From positions 165,651-229,650 of the forward strand of contig NZ_JAUSMX010000027.1 in assembly GCF_030646115.1 (NCBI RefSeq): 64,000 nucleotides of DNA. Direction: 5' to 3'. Below, piece by piece: positions 59,046 through 64,000 of this stretch. This DNA comes from Fluviicoccus sp. Its GTDB lineage: Bacteria; Pseudomonadota; Gammaproteobacteria; Pseudomonadales; Moraxellaceae. The notes beneath the pieces are model-generated. The model was not told the origin of the DNA. It saw only the letters and a program-made list of their open reading frames with translations, and ran no database searches. Position numbers and translations under genes: made by a program. Position 1 is the stretch's first letter, and every line of letters starts with the position of its first letter.

Positions 59046-60530
59046 TTACTCCTGGTCGAAACGGCGCAGGGTTTTGGCCAGTTCCAGCCGGATTTCATCA
59101 TCCCCTTCCGCCAGCAGCTGAAGGGCGATGGCGGGGGGTAGCGCCGGATTCATGGCCAGCCATTTACCGCGATCAGTTTCGTTCTTATCCTCCATCAATT
59201 GCATCAGGGTGGCTGCCGGTGTCAGCGGATTCGCCGTCACAAAGTGCCTGACAGAGTCCGAAGGGTCATTTGCCAAGCGGGAAAGAATGTCCGGTGAAAT
59301 GTTCTCCCTGAGGAGGGCCAGGATTTCCCGCACATCGGGGTTGGCATCCCGGGCCAGTTGTTCAATCAGCGCCGGGGTCAGGAAGGGGTTTTGGGCCAGC
59401 CAGCACCGGATCAAAGGCTCCGGGTGTTCGGCCAATGCCTGTATGGTGTCTTCGGGCAAATCCGGCCGGTTGACCAGGCCGGATGCGATGAGGATCCGGC
59501 CTGCTTCATCGGCGTTTGCTGACAGCCGCAACAGCACCTTCAAGGGCACTCGGCCATTTTGCATCGCTTGCTTGCGCACATCCTCATCGTCATCGTGGCA
59601 AAGCGCTTCCAGAACGTGTACCGGTGTCCGGTCATGCCCGGCGACATGGTGACGGATGCCTTCGCAATGATCGCCGGCCAGCCGGGTCAGGGCCTCCTCC
59701 GGGGCGTGGGGATGCATGGCGATAGTGGCGCGTACTTCGTCATCGTCATCTTCCGCCAGCCTTTCCAGCAGGTCAGGCGGGGTATTCGGATTTTCAGCCA
59801 CCGCCTCGCGCACCTTGGCTTCCGCATCCCGCGCCAGTAGTCTCAACAGCCGCACCGGCGAGTACTGACAGGCCGCGACATCCCGCCGGACCCACATCAC
59901 GTCGTCTTCCGCCAGCTCGTCCAGACATTCCTCCGGGCAGGCGGCGTTCTCGGCGGCATGGCCGCGCACCCAGCCGTGTTCGTCTGCCGCCAGCGCCCGC
60001 AGCAGCGTGGCGGGCGCGGATTTGTTTTGCGCCAGTGACCAGCGCACACAGTCTTCGTCATCCCCGACCAGTTCAGCCATCATATTGGTTGGGCAGCGGG
60101 GGTTGAGCGCCACGGCAGACCTGACACTGGCCACGCTGTCGCCGGCCAGACGCCACAGCAGGGCGGAAGGTGCTTCGGGATGGCCGGCAACGGCCTGTCG
60201 AACCTCATGATCGGTGTCTTTGGCCAGCCAGCCCAACAGGTCTTCGGTGGCTTTGTGGTTGCCGGCCACCGCCCGGCGAACCTCGTGGTCAGGATGATTC
60301 GCCAGACATTCCAGTAGCTGGATGGAAGTCCCGGTGTGTTGCGCCACGCTCGCCACGATATCGTAATACTCATCCCGGGCCAGCAGCGCCAGCGCCTCCG
60401 CCGGGGCCAGCGGGTGTTGGGCGGTGATGGCGCGCACGGCGGGGTAGGGGTCCCGCGCCAGTTGAAGGAATACCGCCTTCAACAAAGCGGAGTCGTTGGA
60501 GCTTGCATCGTTGGAGGTGAACAGGTTCAT
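59046..60530 (-). CDS. LRV/HEAT-like repeat protein
   Basis: About 24-aa repeats L..LA.D....VR.AVA.NP.TP...L. Confidence 0.82.
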   Translation of the reverse strand: MNLFTSNDASSNDSALLKAVFLQLARDPYPAVRAITAQHPLAPAEALALLARDEYYDIVASVAQHTGTSIQLLECLANHPDHEVRRAVAGNHKATEDLLGWLAKDTDHEVRQAVAGHPEAPSALLWRLAGDSVASVRSAVALNPRCPTNMMAELVGDDEDCVRWSLAQNKSAPATLLRALAADEHGWVRGHAAENAACPEECLDELAEDDVMWVRRDVAACQYSPVRLLRLLARDAEAKVREAVAENPNTPPDLLERLAEDDDDEVRATIAMHPHAPEEALTRLAGDHCEGIRHHVAGHDRTPVHVLEALCHDDDEDVRKQAMQNGRVPLKVLLRLSANADEAGRILIASGLVNRPDLPEDTIQALAEHPEPLIRCWLAQNPFLTPALIEQLARDANPDVREILALLRENISPDILSRLANDPSDSVRHFVTANPLTPAATLMQLMEDKNETDRGKWLAMNPALPPAIALQLLAEGDDEIRLELAKTLRRFDQE

Positions 60531-60558
60531 TTGCAGGTCTCACCGTCATGCCTGTTGT

Positions 60559-61839
60559 TCATGGGGCCGGACGCAGATGTTGGGCCAGGTTCGCGCGCAC
60601 TACTTCGTTATCGTCTTCTGCCAGGATCATTTGGGCTTCCACCGGCGTTCCGGGATGGGCGGCAACCAGCCAGCGGGTCCGCGCATCGTCGTCCGAAGCC
60701 AGTACCTTCAAGGTATCCGGCAGGGTGTGGGGATGAGCGGCCACCGCCTGGCGGACTTCTTCTTCGGCATCCGCAGCCAGATGGGCCAGACTTTCTCCGG
60801 TGACATTAGGGTGCTTGGCGATGCAGGTCCGGGTGACCTCATTCTGGTCCGTCACCAGGATAGACAAGACCGCCGCTGTTGATGCCGGATTTTCCGCCAG
60901 CGCGTAGGCGATGCCGGAGTAGTCCTCCGCATGCCGTACAGCCAGCGTCAGCAGCAGCTCCGGCGGCGCAGCCGGGTTGGCGGCTACCCCGACGGGTGCT
61001 TCATCTTCGCTGCCGGCTTCCCGCACCCATTGCGCCAGCCATGTCTGAGGTATCGACGGATTCGCCATCGCGGCGGACCGGATGCGCCGGGGGTTGGATT
61101 TCCGGGTCAGGGCTATCAGCGCGACCAATGGTGTTGAAGGGTTTCCGGCCACGGCGATCCGGACTTCTTCTTCCGGATCAGCAGCGAGCAAGGAGAGGGC
61201 TTCGGCGGGCAATGCGGGGTTCGCCCCGACGGCTTTTCTCACATTTTCTTCAGGATCGCGGGCCAGCCGCATCAAAACAGCGGCAGGTGTCCGGAGATTT
61301 TTGGCAACATCGTCGCGAACCCACGACTCGTAGTTGGTCGCCAGTTGCTCCAGCACCGGCACGGGGGTGGCGGGTTGTTTGGCGACGTACCCCCGCAAGA
61401 GGGCATCACTGTGCCTGCTGAACTTTTCCAGCAGGGCGACGGGGCAGCGGGGGTGTTCCACCACGCCGATGGCCAGTTTTGGGTCTCGGGCAAAGTCGGC
61501 CAGCAGGTGATCCGGCATATGCGGATGGCGGACGGCCAGGCCCGCAATATAGCCATCCTCATCTTTCGTCAGGCGCAGGAGGGCGGTTAAGGGAGTTTCC
61601 GGAGCCTCGGCCAGAGCGGTCTTGTACATGGTGTGCATGTAACCCTCCAGCTCCTCGGAAGGTTCTTCTATGCACGCATACGGGTCAAATTCCGCCGCTT
61701 CTTCATCCCCGGCAAGACGTTTCCGGAGTGCTTCGGGAAGATGCGGGTTGAGGGCCAGCGCATGCCTGACGGCAGGGGCATCGTCCTCAAGCAGTTGTTC
61801 CAGCATACGAAGTCGGATTTTCTCGGTCTGTGACAACAA
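60559..61839 (-). CDS. LRV/HEAT-like repeat protein (tandem relative)
   Basis: Same 24-aa repeat; AAGGAG RBS before the TTG start. Confidence 0.82.
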   Translation of the reverse strand: MLSQTEKIRLRMLEQLLEDDAPAVRHALALNPHLPEALRKRLAGDEEAAEFDPYACIEEPSEELEGYMHTMYKTALAEAPETPLTALLRLTKDEDGYIAGLAVRHPHMPDHLLADFARDPKLAIGVVEHPRCPVALLEKFSRHSDALLRGYVAKQPATPVPVLEQLATNYESWVRDDVAKNLRTPAAVLMRLARDPEENVRKAVGANPALPAEALSLLAADPEEEVRIAVAGNPSTPLVALIALTRKSNPRRIRSAAMANPSIPQTWLAQWVREAGSEDEAPVGVAANPAAPPELLLTLAVRHAEDYSGIAYALAENPASTAAVLSILVTDQNEVTRTCIAKHPNVTGESLAHLAADAEEEVRQAVAAHPHTLPDTLKVLASDDDARTRWLVAAHPGTPVEAQMILAEDDNEVVRANLAQHLRPAP

Positions 61840-62095
61840 CGTGCGCCCTCCCTTTCCGTTGGTTTGCGGGGCCGGCTGTTCAGGAGCCCCGGTAATATGA
61901 GGGGATATTGCCTTAGGCTGATGCGAAATGAAAGGCTGGGGGTGGGGTGCAGGATGGCGGGTGTATTCATGGCGTTGTCCATACTGAATCCCGGCGTCAC
62001 CAGCCGTCGCTCTGACGATTCTTCGTGGTTCACAGGCGGTACTCGTGCCCTATAATGGCGGAAATTTCCCACCCGGATGATGGCGGACCGCCCCG

Positions 62096-63241
62096 ATGGA
62101 ATTCGAACTCGAATCGCCTGATTATTATGTTGCTCCCGCTGCCCCGGATGCCGTCGGAAGCATCGGAAAAATTCCCTTTCTGGAGTTTTTTGCCGGGAGT
62201 GGTCTTGTCGCGCAGGGCATGAAGGACAACTTCCGACCGGTGTGGGCGAATGACATCTGCGCCAAAAAAGCCATCGTCTACCACGCCAATCACGGCGTCG
62301 GTCATTTCAAGTTGGGTTCCATTACCGATGTCAAGGGACGACAGTTACCCGCCACTCCCATGGCCTGGGCCTCCTTTCCTTGTCAGGATCTCTCGCTGGC
62401 CGGTCTCACCGGCGGCATTCACGCCTCGCGTAGCGGGCTGGTTTGGGAGTGGTTGCGGGTGATGGATGAAATGCCGCAACGGCCGCCGGTGCTGGTGGCG
62501 GAAAATGTCGCCGGGCTGGTGTCCTCCGCCAACGGCGCCCACTACCGGGCTTTGCATGAGTCTTTGCGTGAGCGTGGTTATCAGGTGGGTGCGGTGTTGA
62601 TGGACGCCCGCCATTGGGCGCCGCAATCGCGCCCGCGTGTATTCGTGATTGCCGTGGATAAGCGCGTCGCCATTCCCGCCGAACTGACCGGCACCCAGCC
62701 GAACTGGTTGCATACCGGCGCTGTCCGCAAGGTATCTGAAGGGCTGAACGATTGGGTGTGGTGGAATGTGCCTGAACCCGTCGCCAGTCCGTTATCGCTG
62801 GATGATGTGATTGAGTGGGATGCTCCCTTCCATGCTCCGGACACTGAAGCCCGCACGCTGGCGCTGATTTCGCCCAAGCATCGTGAACGACTGGACGCCA
62901 TGGGAGACAATGTCCGCTTCGTAGCGCCGGGTTACAAGCGCACGCGCAACGGCAAGCAGGTGCTGGAGTTGCGTTTTGACGGGCTGTCCGGCTGCCTGCG
63001 CACGCCGGAAGGCGGCAGCAGCCGTCAGGTGATCGTGATCAAGCAGAATGGCGTTTTGCGCAGTCGATTGCTGACTGTGCGCGAGGCGGCCCGGCTGATG
63101 GGCGCCCCCGACACTTATCGAATTCCCGGCTCTTATAACGATGGCTACAAGGCCATGGGAGATGCGGTGGCGGCCCCTGTGGCCGGTTGGCTGGCGCAGC
63201 ATTTGCTGAAGCCGCTGGTGGAGGCGTCGAGCCGTGGATGA
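62096..63241 (+). CDS. DNA (cytosine-5)-methyltransferase
   Basis: FFAGSG (I), FPCQD (IV), ENV (VI), QSRPRVF (VIII), REAARLMG (IX), GDAV (X). Confidence 0.95.
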   Translation: MEFELESPDYYVAPAAPDAVGSIGKIPFLEFFAGSGLVAQGMKDNFRPVWANDICAKKAIVYHANHGVGHFKLGSITDVKGRQLPATPMAWASFPCQDLSLAGLTGGIHASRSGLVWEWLRVMDEMPQRPPVLVAENVAGLVSSANGAHYRALHESLRERGYQVGAVLMDARHWAPQSRPRVFVIAVDKRVAIPAELTGTQPNWLHTGAVRKVSEGLNDWVWWNVPEPVASPLSLDDVIEWDAPFHAPDTEARTLALISPKHRERLDAMGDNVRFVAPGYKRTRNGKQVLELRFDGLSGCLRTPEGGSSRQVIVIKQNGVLRSRLLTVREAARLMGAPDTYRIPGSYNDGYKAMGDAVAAPVAGWLAQHLLKPLVEASSRG

Positions 63242-64000
63242 CCTGCAATCCAGACTGCAAGCCTTCAGTCATCATAAGAAAATCCGGGGCAAGGGAGCCT
63301 TGGCGGTTGTCATCCATATCACCCGATTAGCCAAGGAAAAGGGCTTACCGCTGGAAGCAGTGCAACTGGTGACGGAAGGCTCCGGTCAGGTGCTGGGGCT
63401 GGGTAAAGGCGCAGTGCAGAAGGTGCTGAACGATTACGGCATCACCCTTGTACTGGCCGAAGAAGGCGGTCGCACCAGCCGTGGCAGCATGGGAGTAATG
63501 AAGGACTATGTTACCTGCCTGAACGCCTTGCATGCTGACGGGTTGGCCGATATGGCGGCGGTTGAAGGCTGGTGGATTGAACGGGTTAAAGAGCATTTTT
63601 CGGCCAAGCCTTTCCGTTTGAAGTTTGACCCTGCCAAGAGTATGCAGGCAATCATTCAGGATTTGCTGGCGCAGGCGAAGAAGCGGCAGCAGGAAGCCAC
63701 CGGAACGATGTATCAGGGAGCCATGTTGCAGCATCTGGTGGGGGCCAAGCTGGTGTTGGCGATGCCCGAACTGACGATTGAGCATCATGGTGCGTCGGTG
63801 GCCGATCAGGTGAGCGGTCGGTCCGGTGATTTCGTGATTGATAATACGATCATCCACATTACGACCTCGCCTGGTGAGGCGGTGGTGCGTAAATGCCTGG
63901 ACAACATTGAGGCTGGAGCGAAGCCGATTATTTTGACGCTGGCGAACAATGTGGCGGTTGCCAAAGGGCTTGCGGCGAATCTTGATCTGGAAAATCGCAT
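63234..64000 (+). CDS. DUF4928-like putative nuclease (3' end outside window; not in ORF track)
   Basis: GTG overlapping the methylase stop; open frame MDDLQSRL...GKGALAVV...GQVLGLGKGAVQKVL...LAEEGGRTSRGSM...GAMLQHLVGAKL...SGDFVIDNTIIHITTSP to the window end. Confidence 0.78.
   Translation, partial: MDDLQSRLQAFSHHKKIRGKGALAVVIHITRLAKEKGLPLEAVQLVTEGSGQVLGLGKGAVQKVLNDYGITLVLAEEGGRTSRGSMGVMKDYVTCLNALHADGLADMAAVEGWWIERVKEHFSAKPFRLKFDPAKSMQAIIQDLLAQAKKRQQEATGTMYQGAMLQHLVGAKLVLAMPELTIEHHGASVADQVSGRSGDFVIDNTIIHITTSPGEAVVRKCLDNIEAGAKPIILTLANNVAVAKGLAANLDLENR

Noticed and set aside
63345-64000. Minus-strand ORFs 63345-63857 and 63806-64000
   Set aside because: Antisense to the continuous plus-strand DUF4928-like frame

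Overview
GC-rich proteobacterial chromosomal segment. The gene repertoire (START protein, AdeT-like solute-binding protein, 7TM-DISM kinase, BLUF) suggests a heterotrophic gammaproteobacterium, possibly a freshwater Moraxellaceae; this is inference. About 50 CDS are present, with no rRNA, tRNA, CRISPR array or integrase seen. Core and metabolic genes: DGC, YqhD-like ADH, P1B-5 ATPase with hemerythrin domain, MacAB-like exporter, nhaA, OmpA, acyl-CoA dehydrogenase with TetR, aldehyde dehydrogenase with AraC, GGDEF-EAL, and a trifunctional propionyl-CoA synthase (pcs-like, about 1814 aa). These are interspersed with accessory modules: a REP-associated tyrosine transposase (RAYT) with its REPIN family, a split REPIN whose two halves bracket about 2.8 kb of accessory genes, two orphan immunity-like clusters (one with half-attC-like integron scars), a Shango-type TerB/ATPase/helicase defence triad, two type II TA pairs, two exported caspase-family proteins, tandem LRV/HEAT-repeat genes, and a C5 methyltransferase coupled to a DUF4928-like gene that runs off the right edge. 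Two genes absent from the ORF track were read directly: a 32-aa Lys-rich ORF (15765-15863, minus) and the truncated DUF4928-like ORF (63234 to end). Family names come from motif recognition, not database searches.
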